Below, in pieces: positions 18,301-27,184 of a stretch of 64,000 bases of DNA. The notes beneath the pieces are model-generated. The model had not been told where the DNA came from. It saw nothing but the letters and a program-made list of their open reading frames with translations, and did not search any database. The stretch is from a virus (lineage: Duplodnaviria; Caudoviricetes): IMG/VR virus record IMGVR_UViG_3300031994_004484; one strand, 5' to 3'. Position 1 is the first letter of the stretch. The number at the start of each line of letters is the position of its first letter. Both the position numbers and the translations under genes were made by a program.

Positions 18301-20908
18301 TTTATCACTTAAAACAAATATACCAAACAACAACGCGTTTTTTAAGGTCAATGTATTTACAACAGACATATATTATAAACAAAATGAGAAGAAAAACGGG
18401 GTTGATGAAGCCAAAGCGTTGTTGTTTCTCTTAGCTATAACAAACGGTATGTTTGGAAAAGACATAACAAAGAATAGACCGCTATTCATAACCCCGTCGT
18501 GCGGTATGGTTGAAGGAATTCCGTTGTCATTGATATTGCTGTACGGTGGCCTTATTTGGAGAAAGAGGGAATTTGAAGAAACAAAACATGACGTATTTTT
18601 GTTCCCTAATAATAACGATGGCGCAGGTAAGACATATAAAGGGCTTGGTTCCAATGATGTCCCAATTTTTAATTTCAACTCAAAGATTGAACACGGCTTT
18701 TTAACAAAAGGTGAAACGGATGGGTATTATAAACTAACAGATTTAACAGGTATAAACGGGAAAGGCATGCTTGACGCGGCAATGGCAAACCTGATGATTG
18801 AAAAGTTCAAATGGTTTGTTGCGAACGAATGGCCTAAGATTAGAGATGGTTTTGAGTTGTCAGACAGATTAACAGCAAAGGACTTTATTAAAATTGCAAA
18901 ATCGACAAACAACCAAACATATGATTTCGCGATTGAAAATAAAGAGTTAAAAGAAAGGTTAAACCAATATGCTCTTTTATCAGAATATAATGAAAAATAC
19001 GCTTTTGCAATATCTAGTATAACAGGAAATTGTATTTTCAGCATACCATGGGACGGTGGCGAAAATACCAACAAAGAGGTAATGGATATTTTGAAATCCA
19101 TGTATCTGAAAAAGATTTTTATACAGAAAACAGTCGGTTCTTTCTCAAACTCAGATGCAAAATCCGGTGATGATGTTGCCATTTCCAAAAATGCGTTCAA
19201 GAACTATATTTCAGGTTTCACTGAACAGTTAAAAACAATGATTGACAGTGAAACGGTAAACTCCCTTGAAAACAAGTCTGACTATGAAGACGACGAACAA
19301 ACAAGGGATTTGAAACGCCTAATATATATGTTTCTCAAAAACCTGTGGGATAGATGGTTTTCAGGCAATGATGAGAAATTGTTCACTGTAAAGAACTACA
19401 TGGCGAACACCATTTTCATGGATTCAATGTATCGTAATGTCTATGAAAACATACACATAAACTGTGAAATGTTGTTGGATTTGATAACACAATACGACGA
19501 AAAGTCAATGGTTTTCAAATTCCTCTCTGATATAACCACAAGGCATAACTGCATGTTTTTTGCATTGCCGGATTATATCAACATAGGTAACGAGAACGAT
19601 TCGGATGCGGAATCGGCAATGGAGACATTGTTCAAACCAATGCCGTTTTCCAACATAAACAAGATAGAGTCTTTCAACAAATATATCGTGATGTTCACAC
19701 ATCAGCCGTCACAGATAAACGACAACAAGAACGGGTATAAATACGACAGTTTTGATTTGTACAGCCATGATTCCGACAAGCTTAGTATATTGAGCACGTT
19801 CAAGAGGAATTGTATGTCAGGAACGTCTGAAAATGACACCAAACATAATAAGATGATAAGGAGGTACGGATACAACGTGCCATCATTCGGCGTTTCGTTT
19901 GGGCGGCAGCACAATTCAATATTCAAGAATGTAAGTGTCGGCATGCAAAACCCAATACAGACCGAACAAACCATTGATGCAATGGCAAGGTTGGCTGAAA
20001 AGGGTGGTGGTTCCGGCTCAAGAATGGTTTTCTATGGGCAGGATTTATACACGGTGTTTTCAGGATATGCATATACAGCCACAATTGAAATGATGGGTAA
20101 TGCGCAGATAATGCCTCTCATGTATTTCCAATTATTCAACATACCGATGTTCCGTGGGGCGTATATGATATACAGCGTAAGCCATACAATGAAACCCGGT
20201 GACATGACGACAACTGTCAAGGCAATGAAGATGTCGAAACATACACTTCCTTATTGTCAGGAATGGTTTACACACTATTACTTTGATTCACAAGGCAACG
20301 TGATAAAAAATAGCGATGATGAATGTAATGTAATAAGCGATTGCAAAGACCTTGCCAGTTATCATGTTGACGCGGCTAATCTGTCAGAACACGAGGCTTT
20401 GGCTACAAAAGGTGTTGATTGGAAAATAACACATATAAAAGAGAAAGACACGGAGGCCAAGTGCAAACAACTGATAACCACGATAAAGATAAAAGTGCAT
20501 TCATCACAAGAATCGACGAAAGAATACAATATTCAGGTAAATAAAAATTTAGCAGATAAATTTCAGGCTATTTTTGATGAAATATACAGGACAAAAATAA
20601 ATGTTGATGGAAAAGAAAAGTGGCTTGTTGTAAATCAGCCGCCACACGCATATAAATGGAGAACTGTACAAGGTACCGGAAAAGCGGAAGTAAAATTGTC
20701 AAACCACTCATATGGCGTTGCAATAGACATAAATGCAAATATGAACCCATACGATTGCCAAAAGGCATTACAGATTTCAAAGAAAGACACTGAAGTTTGT
20801 ATACGAACAACAGAAAGCCAGTTTGTTAAAATATTTGCAAAATACGGTTTTGGGTGGGGTGGAAGGTACAAAGACTTCATGCATTTCAGTTATTTTGACG
20901 GAAGATAA
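15347..20908 (+). CDS. Large baseplate hub protein with C-terminal M15 peptidoglycan peptidase
   Basis: Hub-like V.I.FIDVRG..F and MMGNA.I.P.MYFQL.NIPMF.GAY.I..VSH. The C-terminus has SNHSYGVAIDIN ... FGWGG...D.MHF. The start may be a few codons downstream. Confidence 0.75.
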   Translation: MNTEMEENNNITVIRPAERIIYVEPNDIFGSVDGIPLTPDYTDLCISFDLIVEVVSRLRANSATISKDAEDNSTKTYVISWTSKYGENEETGPNYVSFMGGENYGVKDGPSYLTTYYVDSHYNEFKNRTIVEGLGVESLSITFETYYAPTVKIRFIDVRGASIFGREEVLHEDEVLKEDNIWGCFFTFPYPKYKLQVKGFYGRAVTYQLCCTDFRAQFNSQTGNYEIDMSFVGYDFGLLADLPLQYVIAAPNCKYADTESFWRTQALSNPDWRLSDGRSPEKFLEIRNKIRETLQTYSNKEEEEVTVVEIEEEVVNGEKNEYIKQMKTYSDEILKNPGFKNAVDNAKAGKTTALKPDFSNPQYGKLNITSMMESGKDVNEHKNWFNEISATLYKLGLMYSEYKAKWPTSDLSKLDSHLLYNPYNIESEKEKAEKNLPKDFAAFYEALAKESAIETVTRREDVRKTPEKSEISQKIWELVGLTPNIGNVFLTLYCHIETFAHMIYECAERIEGQIRRGERHLKNLGLPSSAYIDADFGPNEKEKQIDPFPAVYTFEKVDVNKSEKSDDAQETDSSTDDVKVDAWIREVVAKGTPPWEEEMLVENLYTAAMKVIEKEESNTVEFKTGSYPIIPCDLNYGEVAGVALKYTPEDLAGYMALRAAAIFGISKLPEKEANNIGKADAINYFTSGPQKETIQKKIFDQLTATEGNYTDILYNIALCKSKDGKYPFEEYGLYVDDNREKNQNTRQPFFVEKEGKLHYSYTTNGKDLKGSNNDVIQYVPVRLNSWDGIKNNDLYPNIPKGRKNGDRIGYYLVLSNNDDNTYESTVLHSRWSSGIFDNRYYTVKNEPNTIVTKQEYINNNIFTIYYGGMNYNEKIEEVYQELKEGNVDVNGYSANQKEVFSPIVKTWNFVDDNSLRSRYYSDSTQIRKLLNTLYPSEKEKKEIDSWESSKYMSDFVNKGVINYLDGSFKDGSTEYSENDFFVIPFLSLKTNIPNNNAFFKVNVFTTDIYYKQNEKKNGVDEAKALLFLLAITNGMFGKDITKNRPLFITPSCGMVEGIPLSLILLYGGLIWRKREFEETKHDVFLFPNNNDGAGKTYKGLGSNDVPIFNFNSKIEHGFLTKGETDGYYKLTDLTGINGKGMLDAAMANLMIEKFKWFVANEWPKIRDGFELSDRLTAKDFIKIAKSTNNQTYDFAIENKELKERLNQYALLSEYNEKYAFAISSITGNCIFSIPWDGGENTNKEVMDILKSMYLKKIFIQKTVGSFSNSDAKSGDDVAISKNAFKNYISGFTEQLKTMIDSETVNSLENKSDYEDDEQTRDLKRLIYMFLKNLWDRWFSGNDEKLFTVKNYMANTIFMDSMYRNVYENIHINCEMLLDLITQYDEKSMVFKFLSDITTRHNCMFFALPDYINIGNENDSDAESAMETLFKPMPFSNINKIESFNKYIVMFTHQPSQINDNKNGYKYDSFDLYSHDSDKLSILSTFKRNCMSGTSENDTKHNKMIRRYGYNVPSFGVSFGRQHNSIFKNVSVGMQNPIQTEQTIDAMARLAEKGGGSGSRMVFYGQDLYTVFSGYAYTATIEMMGNAQIMPLMYFQLFNIPMFRGAYMIYSVSHTMKPGDMTTTVKAMKMSKHTLPYCQEWFTHYYFDSQGNVIKNSDDECNVISDCKDLASYHVDAANLSEHEALATKGVDWKITHIKEKDTEAKCKQLITTIKIKVHSSQESTKEYNIQVNKNLADKFQAIFDEIYRTKINVDGKEKWLVVNQPPHAYKWRTVQGTGKAEVKLSNHSYGVAIDINANMNPYDCQKALQISKKDTEVCIRTTESQFVKIFAKYGFGWGGRYKDFMHFSYFDGR

Positions 20909-20930
20909 TAAAAATTTATTATAAAACAAT

Positions 20931-21464
20931 ATGGCAAATTGCGGATTAAAAACAAAGACAGAACCAACATACAAAACAACACAGATTTCAAACGACGAAA
21001 GGCAAAACAATGCCATGCAAATAATGAAATCGCTTCTCTCATCCAATTTGGGCCTTACAGATTATATGGCAGCGGGGATAGTTGGGAACATGTGGGGTGA
21101 GAGCAAATGGAACCCGACAGCTTACACAGCAACAGACGCAGGGCAAGGGCAGTCGGGCGGTTTATGCCAATGGCATGACCAAGTGAACGGTAAAGGAAGA
21201 TTTACCAACATGCTAAATTTTGCGAAATCAAACAACAAGAATTGGCAAGACCTCCAATTACAGATGGCCTTCCTAATAGATGAACTAAACAGTAAACAAA
21301 AAAATGCGTTATCGGCTTTAAAAAACACCGACAATGTAGATGATGCAACAACAATGTTTTGCAGAAAATTTGAAGTTTCTTCAGTGTGTTACCCTGACGG
21401 AACTCCGACCGATAGGATAAAGAAATCCAAGGAGGTTTTGGAAAAATGGAGGCAACAACACTAA
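20931..21464 (+). CDS. Phage tail lysozyme (Phage_lysozyme2-like)
   Basis: AAGIVGNM..ES.WNP, GLCQW, Q..FL..EL, A...F...FE motifs. Confidence 0.85.
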   Translation: MANCGLKTKTEPTYKTTQISNDERQNNAMQIMKSLLSSNLGLTDYMAAGIVGNMWGESKWNPTAYTATDAGQGQSGGLCQWHDQVNGKGRFTNMLNFAKSNNKNWQDLQLQMAFLIDELNSKQKNALSALKNTDNVDDATTMFCRKFEVSSVCYPDGTPTDRIKKSKEVLEKWRQQH

Positions 21465-21521
21465 TTTCAATTCCTTTTTGCAGTATATTTGTACAGAACG
21501 AACATGCAAAATCGGATTGAA

Positions 21522-22145
21522 ATGGAAAATAGTTATATAGGAAACATCATAACAAAGTACAGTAAAGACAAATTCCCTCCGTTATTCAATGTGACGGAGG
21601 ATTTTTTATCGGCCGACATAAAATACCCCACAATTATAATAGGCCTTGACAGTGCAAGGGATAGAATACTTGATTTCTCAATATTAAGGAAATCATACGA
21701 AAACGACACACTATGGTGGACATACAAAAAAACAGAAAGAAGGTATGAGTTTGAGAATGACATGGAAAAATTTTACAGGTTCTGTATAGAGAAATACCTT
21801 TCAAGGACGCCATATTATTATTTGGACATAGCAAGGTATCGTTATAACGATATAAAAAGGATAATAGAGTGGGTTAATTCCGAAACCGAGAAAATATGCT
21901 TCCAAACAATGGAAAGCAAGTTCATATTCATTTATGACACGAAATTGAGCATTGTTTTCGGCTTGTCACTGACGCTTTGTGAGTATTGCGGTGTTAACAG
22001 AAAGAAGATAATATCAAGAATCAAGAAAAATCCGCAAAATGTATTCATATACAACACATCATTCATAGACAGGGATATACGCAACATAATCGGGAACAAC
22101 ACACACTACATCCTTCCGCTTGCGAAGATTTTTTCAAACAAGTAA
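21522..22145 (+). CDS. Hypothetical protein
   Basis: ORF 21489..22145; the real start is probably ATG 21504 or 21522, after TATATTTG (21484-21491). Confidence 0.7.
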   Translation: MENSYIGNIITKYSKDKFPPLFNVTEDFLSADIKYPTIIIGLDSARDRILDFSILRKSYENDTLWWTYKKTERRYEFENDMEKFYRFCIEKYLSRTPYYYLDIARYRYNDIKRIIEWVNSETEKICFQTMESKFIFIYDTKLSIVFGLSLTLCEYCGVNRKKIISRIKKNPQNVFIYNTSFIDRDIRNIIGNNTHYILPLAKIFSNK

Positions 22146-22176
22146 CTATTTATCTTTAACAAATATATGTGAAATT

Positions 22177-22416
22177 ATGTTCAAGATAACAAACAGAAGA
22201 ATAAAAAAACATAAAATTTGGAGACCTAAATCTATCTCTGTTTCCACAATACCTGTTTCGGAAACAGCGGTTGTGCAAGAACCTGAAAAACAGGAGGAAC
22301 AAAAAGCGGTAGAAACAGAGCCTGAAACAATCGAGCAGGAATCCAAAACAGAGGTTAAAGAGGAACAGGAGAAGCCGGTCAAAAAATCGAAAAAGAAAAA
22401 AACAGAAGAAAAATAA
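22177..22416 (+). CDS. Small charged hypothetical protein
   Basis: ATG 22177 follows TATTTAT (22147); Glu/Lys-rich. Confidence 0.6.
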   Translation: MFKITNRRIKKHKIWRPKSISVSTIPVSETAVVQEPEKQEEQKAVETEPETIEQESKTEVKEEQEKPVKKSKKKKTEEK

Positions 22417-22436
22417 GGATAAAAAAACATATAACA

Positions 22437-22598
22437 ATGGACGAGAAACTTTTGAAGGCGCAGGAACTGCTCGGAGTCGAAGGGCAGGAGAACGAACCCG
22501 AAGTCAAATACGAAAGAAAAGAGAAAGGGCTTTATGAGAAAACCACAAGAAAACCCGTTCTTATAACCGAGGATAATAAAATCATGTTGAACGACTAA
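22437..22598 (+). CDS. Small hypothetical protein (53 aa)
   Basis: Not in the ORF track. MDEKLLKAQELLGVEGQENEPEVKYERKEKGLYEKTTRKPVLITEDNKIMLND* fills the gap between neighbouring genes. Confidence 0.7.
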   Translation: MDEKLLKAQELLGVEGQENEPEVKYERKEKGLYEKTTRKPVLITEDNKIMLND

Positions 22599-22602
22599 CA
22601 AA

Positions 22603-23418
22603 ATGGCTGTTGATATAAATTACATCAAGGAATGCAAGCTTGAGGACGTGTACAAGCGCATGCATCAAATAAACGAATACGTCATAACAAACGGAAGAAC
22701 TTCCGAAGCCGCAGAAATGCCTCAGGACGACAACGGTATGGACCCGAACGCAATGCCACAAGGCGGTGATATGCAAGGTCAGGGTCAGGAACAGATGCCA
22801 CCGGCCGGTGGTGACCCCGGAATGCAACAGCCCGACATGGGTGGCGAACAAATGCCTCAGGGACAAGAAGGAATGGAACAGCCCGCACAACCAGACCCTA
22901 CAATAGGTACCGACGTTGAAGATACACCTACAGACGAACCTATAGTTGACGGCATTGAAATGGATGACGAAACAACGGTCGGTCCCGACGACGAGGTTAT
23001 TGATGTTGACGACCTAACGAACTCACAGGAATCAACCGAATATAAGATAGACGGCGTTGATGACAAGTTATCCAAACTCCTCTCCATAGTTGGTAAGTTC
23101 GCAAATGCCATAGAAGCCAATGATGCCAAACTTGAGGACTTAAAAGCCGAGATAGAAAGAAGGAATCCCACTGACATTGAAAGGATTAACCTTCGTTCGC
23201 AAAACAGCCAACCATTCAACGTGAATCCCGGTGAATATTGGAGTGAGGTAAAGGAGAAGAATCCGAACTATCAGATTATTTCTGATAATGAGGTTTCACC
23301 GAACGACGAGGACAAGGTCTATACCATAACAGATGACGACCTCAGGGATTTCAACACAAGTGAAGTCGAGAAAAGTTTCTCTGATTTCCCGAGCGATTTA
23401 CTCTCATATTTCAAATAA
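22603..23418 (+). CDS. Acidic protein with Gln/Pro/Gly/Met-rich linker and coiled coil
   Basis: 271 aa; low-complexity MPQG repeats; possibly a head-core or scaffold-type protein. Confidence 0.75.
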   Translation: MAVDINYIKECKLEDVYKRMHQINEYVITNGRTSEAAEMPQDDNGMDPNAMPQGGDMQGQGQEQMPPAGGDPGMQQPDMGGEQMPQGQEGMEQPAQPDPTIGTDVEDTPTDEPIVDGIEMDDETTVGPDDEVIDVDDLTNSQESTEYKIDGVDDKLSKLLSIVGKFANAIEANDAKLEDLKAEIERRNPTDIERINLRSQNSQPFNVNPGEYWSEVKEKNPNYQIISDNEVSPNDEDKVYTITDDDLRDFNTSEVEKSFSDFPSDLLSYFK

Positions 23419-23441
23419 GAGAAAAGAGAAGGGAATTTTAT

Positions 23442-23474
23442 AATCCGTCATTAAAAAAAATGACGGATTTTTTT
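23442..23474 (+). terminator. Intrinsic terminator
   Basis: AATCCGTCATT/AATGACGGATT perfect stem plus T tract. Confidence 0.85.
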
Positions 23475-23504
23475 GTTTGTATTATGAAATGTAGTATATT
23501 TATA
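23472..23504 (+). promoter_or_regulatory. Composite promoter for the replication block
   Basis: TTTG (23472-75), 19 nt spacer, TATATTTA overlapping TATTTATA (23497-23504). Confidence 0.6.
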
Positions 23505-23509
23505 TAAAC

Positions 23510-23800
23510 AATGTTTGTTATAAACATTCTTAAAAAAACGATGTAAGTTAAGTGTTTATACATTAAAAAATGTTCTTTGTTATAATTTGGATAATATTCA
23601 CCTGTGAGGACAATCGCTCATCGGAATTTACATATGTAGTCGTTTGTAGTACCGCAGGAGAACTGTAATAGCAATAAATCCCTGAGATTCAGAGGCGGGG
23701 TTGTATTGGCTGAAAATTCACTAATACATAGGGTATAATCTTAATACTTAATGTTATACATATCTGAGAAGTGATATATGATAGTTTTAAAATAATCATA
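23510..23800 (+). ncRNA. Candidate structured RNA or long 5' leader of ssb
   Basis: No ORF of 60 aa or more; a series of adjacent hairpins and a long-range CCTGTG/CGCAGG stem. Confidence 0.4.
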
Positions 23801-23818
23801 AAATAAAAGAAGGATAAC

Positions 23819-24853
23819 ATGACAGATTACAATGACAATTCACCGTTTGTGGTGAACGAGAAGAGACACACGCATGACGAAGGTTTCAAGAAAAAGGTTT
23901 TCGACCCGAAAATCTACCTTAACGTAAAACTCGCGGATGATGAGAAGAAAAGGGATGTCCGCATCAGGATTTTGCCTGCAAATCCCGGTTCGAGGAAAAT
24001 TTCAACAGACATTCGTATCCACAGCATGAAGGTTTCGACAGAGGTTGCCAAAAGCGGCTTCAAGAGTTTCATATGCCTTAATGATTCTCACATAATGGGT
24101 GACGAAAGAGGATGCCCGTTCTGCAATGTTTTTGAGGATTACAAGACCGCGGCAATGAAACTTAAGGACCCTGACGGAAATGTGGTAAACACCACACAAT
24201 GGAAGGCATTATGGAAGGAAGCCTACAGGCATGAGGCCAAGATAGCCCACATAGTCAGGGTTATAGATAGAGACCATGAAGATGAAGGCGTCAAGTTTTG
24301 GAGGTTCAACGAATGGGACAACGGGAAGGGATGCTACGACTACCTCAAGGAAATCTACAATCTTTACAATGAGGAGGCTGCAAGAAAGGCTTACGCGGCT
24401 GAATACAAGAAATCCCCGACATCAGAACAGCTTGCCGAGTATATGAAGAATGACAAAGGCGAGACAAGGGAATTCTACAACGTGTTCAACCTTGAAAACG
24501 GCCATGACATAAAACTCACCCTGACACACGGGGAGAACTCAAAGGACAGGACCGAGATTAAGATAATGGCCGAATTGAGCGAAAGCCCTCTTTCATATGA
24601 CGAGAACGAAGTCTCGAAATGGGTTAACGACCCTAAGTCTTGGAATGATGCATATGCTGTGAAGAACTACGATTACCTTGAAGTTGTATTGAACGGCGGA
24701 GTTCCCGTATATGACCCTACAGTAGGCAAGTATGTGTCGAAAGAGGAGAGGGAAAGGAACGAAGAGGAGACGGAACGTGAGGCAGCCGAGGAGGTGCTTA
24801 ATGTGATGGCTCCTGAAAACGGAAACACGGAGGACGAAGACCTTCCGTTCTAG
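23819..24853 (+). CDS. Single-stranded DNA-binding protein (T4 gp32-like)
   Basis: IRILP, F.CL......CPFC, VRVIDRD.E.EGVKFW.F, G.DI.L; acidic tail EDEDLPF. Confidence 0.85.
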   Translation: MTDYNDNSPFVVNEKRHTHDEGFKKKVFDPKIYLNVKLADDEKKRDVRIRILPANPGSRKISTDIRIHSMKVSTEVAKSGFKSFICLNDSHIMGDERGCPFCNVFEDYKTAAMKLKDPDGNVVNTTQWKALWKEAYRHEAKIAHIVRVIDRDHEDEGVKFWRFNEWDNGKGCYDYLKEIYNLYNEEAARKAYAAEYKKSPTSEQLAEYMKNDKGETREFYNVFNLENGHDIKLTLTHGENSKDRTEIKIMAELSESPLSYDENEVSKWVNDPKSWNDAYAVKNYDYLEVVLNGGVPVYDPTVGKYVSKEERERNEEETEREAAEEVLNVMAPENGNTEDEDLPF

Positions 24854-24874
24854 CCTGTTTTTTGTTTAATTATT

Positions 24875-24900
24875 GCGGGGACAACAAATCCCCGTTTTTT
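24875..24900 (+). terminator. Terminator/attenuator between ssb and recA
   Basis: GCGGGGA-caacaaa-TCCCCGT plus T tract. Confidence 0.7.
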
Positions 24901-24935
24901 ATCATCATTGTTTAATTAAAAAAAATGTAAATATT

Positions 24936-26144
24936 ATGAAACAAGCAGTAAAAAAAGGAGCCGGAGTAAAAAAGAGCGGACTTGCGGCTTTCAAAGAAAA
25001 AAAAGGGTTGTTATATACTGAAGGTGATGTGGTAACAACAACATCCTCAAACGCGGATAAACCGATGAGATGGTTATTGATGCCAGAGGCATTCACAAAC
25101 GCATTGAAAATCAATTTTCCTTTAAATTATTTTTCTTTAGTTGTCGGTCATTCAAATACGGGAAAAAGCACTATTCTAAATCATATAATAGTTGCAGCAC
25201 AAAAACAAGGTCTTACTCCTGTAATATTTGATACGGAGAATAATTTTGATTTCACCTATGCTATGGATATGGGTATGGAAGCCACACCTATATACGGTGA
25301 CGTTGAGGTAGAAACTGTCGATAGTGAAACAGGTGAGATAAATGTAACAAAAGAACACCGAATTGTAAGTTATGATGGTAATTTCTTGTATTTCAACAAT
25401 GCTATTTTAGCTGAGACTTATGGTACGAATGATTATAGTACAGGGAAAACAAATGGCAAGCCAAGAAAGGTGGCGGTTATAGAAGATATAGCATATTGTA
25501 TTAACGAATTATTAACAGCTCAAGATGAAGGAGAACTTCAAACAGGACTCGTAATTATTTGGGACTCAGTTGGTTCCATAAACTGTTGGAAGAGTTACAA
25601 GAGTTCCTCAAATAATGCCATGTGGGATGCCAGTGCCCTGTCAGTTGCCTTCAATGGAATTATAAATGACAGGATACCTAGGTCAAGAAAGGTGTCATGC
25701 AAGTATGATAATGCGTTCATTGCCTGTAATAAGGTTTGGTTGGACTCCATGAAGAATCCAATGCCAGGAGCTCCCCCTGCTTTAGCCCTTAAGGGCGGGG
25801 CGTCATTTTTCTATGGAGCAAGACTAATTATACTTTGTGGCTCCCAATTAAGTGCCGGTGTTAAAAAACTGACTGCAACATCAAAGGGTTTGAATTACAA
25901 TTATGCATTGCAAACCAAGTTGAAGGTTTTGAAAAACCAACTTCCAAGTCCATATACTGTGACATATGAAGGCGAAGTGATATGTACACCGCACGGCCTT
26001 ATATCAAACGATAAAGACGAGTTGGATGCTTATAAAAAGAAACATATAAGCGAGATACTGAAACAACTGAATGCATCTTCTGACGGAACCGTAAAAGTTA
26101 CAGACAGTGACGACATACAATACACCGTAGAAGAGGATGAATAA
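24936..26144 (+). CDS. uvsX: RecA/UvsX-like recombinase
   Basis: Walker A GHSNTGKST, FDTENNF, IWDSVGS, KGG..FFY...L, KVLKN; likely ATG at 24936. Confidence 0.85.
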   Translation: MKQAVKKGAGVKKSGLAAFKEKKGLLYTEGDVVTTTSSNADKPMRWLLMPEAFTNALKINFPLNYFSLVVGHSNTGKSTILNHIIVAAQKQGLTPVIFDTENNFDFTYAMDMGMEATPIYGDVEVETVDSETGEINVTKEHRIVSYDGNFLYFNNAILAETYGTNDYSTGKTNGKPRKVAVIEDIAYCINELLTAQDEGELQTGLVIIWDSVGSINCWKSYKSSSNNAMWDASALSVAFNGIINDRIPRSRKVSCKYDNAFIACNKVWLDSMKNPMPGAPPALALKGGASFFYGARLIILCGSQLSAGVKKLTATSKGLNYNYALQTKLKVLKNQLPSPYTVTYEGEVICTPHGLISNDKDELDAYKKKHISEILKQLNASSDGTVKVTDSDDIQYTVEEDE

Positions 26145-26175
26145 AATATGTACTTAAGATAAAGACAAAAACACA

Positions 26176-27102
26176 ATGGAAATATTTTTCGAACAAAACA
26201 AGAATATTCCGAAATTAACGTTGTTTGAGTGCTATAACATGCTCGGCGAGGAAAGGCATCGCACTGATTTTCTTGATGGTATTAAAGCTTCAGTAACAAA
26301 TTTTGCCATTGAAACTGTAAAATCAATGTTTGAGAACGGAAAGGATACGTATTCCGCGATATTCAAAGAGGAAAACAGATACTTTGATGAACTTCTTATG
26401 TATATAACACTGAACAGAAGGAAGGACTATTCAAACAAAAAATATACGCATGGGCAATTCTACAACGAAGACAGGATTGAGAACGGAAAACTCCATCTTC
26501 CCGAACTCGGGATCGTAATCGGCATCGGGGAGAATGGCGAAATACCGACACAATGGATAGAGCTTCTTGTTGACCATGAAATAAATCACCTTTACGATGA
26601 ATGGCAGTGGCAATCCACCGGTCATGAACCGCTAACAAACAACAAGGAATGGAATTTTGGGGACGGGAAGTTCATACAGGAAAATTTAGGAAATAACGAC
26701 AATAAGTTCGTTCAATCTTTAGCATGGTGTGTATACGCTTCCCTGTGGACTGAATCGAATGCATATCTTAATCAGGCCTTCAAGGAATTCGAAACAATAA
26801 AATTAAAACCGTCAAACATACATCAGAAGCTAAAGGCCACAACTTCATACAGGAACTACTCCAAACAAATGATAGATTTGAAATGGTGGCTCGGAAAATA
26901 CGGTGAGGATGAAGTCAAGGAAATTTTAAGCAAACTCTTTAAGGATTACAAAAAGCTATCAATCCCTAAACCGAAAACAGGTGAAGATTACAGGGAAAGA
27001 CTGATAAAATGGTCCGAGTGGATTTATAACAGGTTTATCAAAAGATATTGTGGCATAGCAAGTTTGTATATTGAAAGGAACGGAAAGAATTTTTCAAGAT
27101 AG
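26176..27102 (+). CDS. Hypothetical protein with HExxH (zincin-like) motif
   Basis: LVDHEINHLYD, with downstream E..AY. Confidence 0.7.
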   Translation: MEIFFEQNKNIPKLTLFECYNMLGEERHRTDFLDGIKASVTNFAIETVKSMFENGKDTYSAIFKEENRYFDELLMYITLNRRKDYSNKKYTHGQFYNEDRIENGKLHLPELGIVIGIGENGEIPTQWIELLVDHEINHLYDEWQWQSTGHEPLTNNKEWNFGDGKFIQENLGNNDNKFVQSLAWCVYASLWTESNAYLNQAFKEFETIKLKPSNIHQKLKATTSYRNYSKQMIDLKWWLGKYGEDEVKEILSKLFKDYKKLSIPKPKTGEDYRERLIKWSEWIYNRFIKRYCGIASLYIERNGKNFSR

Positions 27103-27104
27103 AT

Positions 27105-27137
27105 TTTGGAAAAGATATCCTGAATGTAGTATATTTG
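27105..27137 (+). promoter_or_regulatory. Bacteroidota housekeeping-sigma promoter
   Basis: TTTG (27105-08), 21 nt spacer, TATATTTG (27130-37); exact match to the TTTG/TAnnTTTG consensus. Confidence 0.7.
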
Positions 27138-27184
27138 GGAAAAGAAATAGATGTTAAATAATAACTTTTAAAATTTGAAAGAAA

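Noticed and set aside
23511-23546. 11-codon ORF MFVINILKKTM as a leader peptide
   Set aside because: Too short to distinguish from chance, with no attenuator-type codon run.
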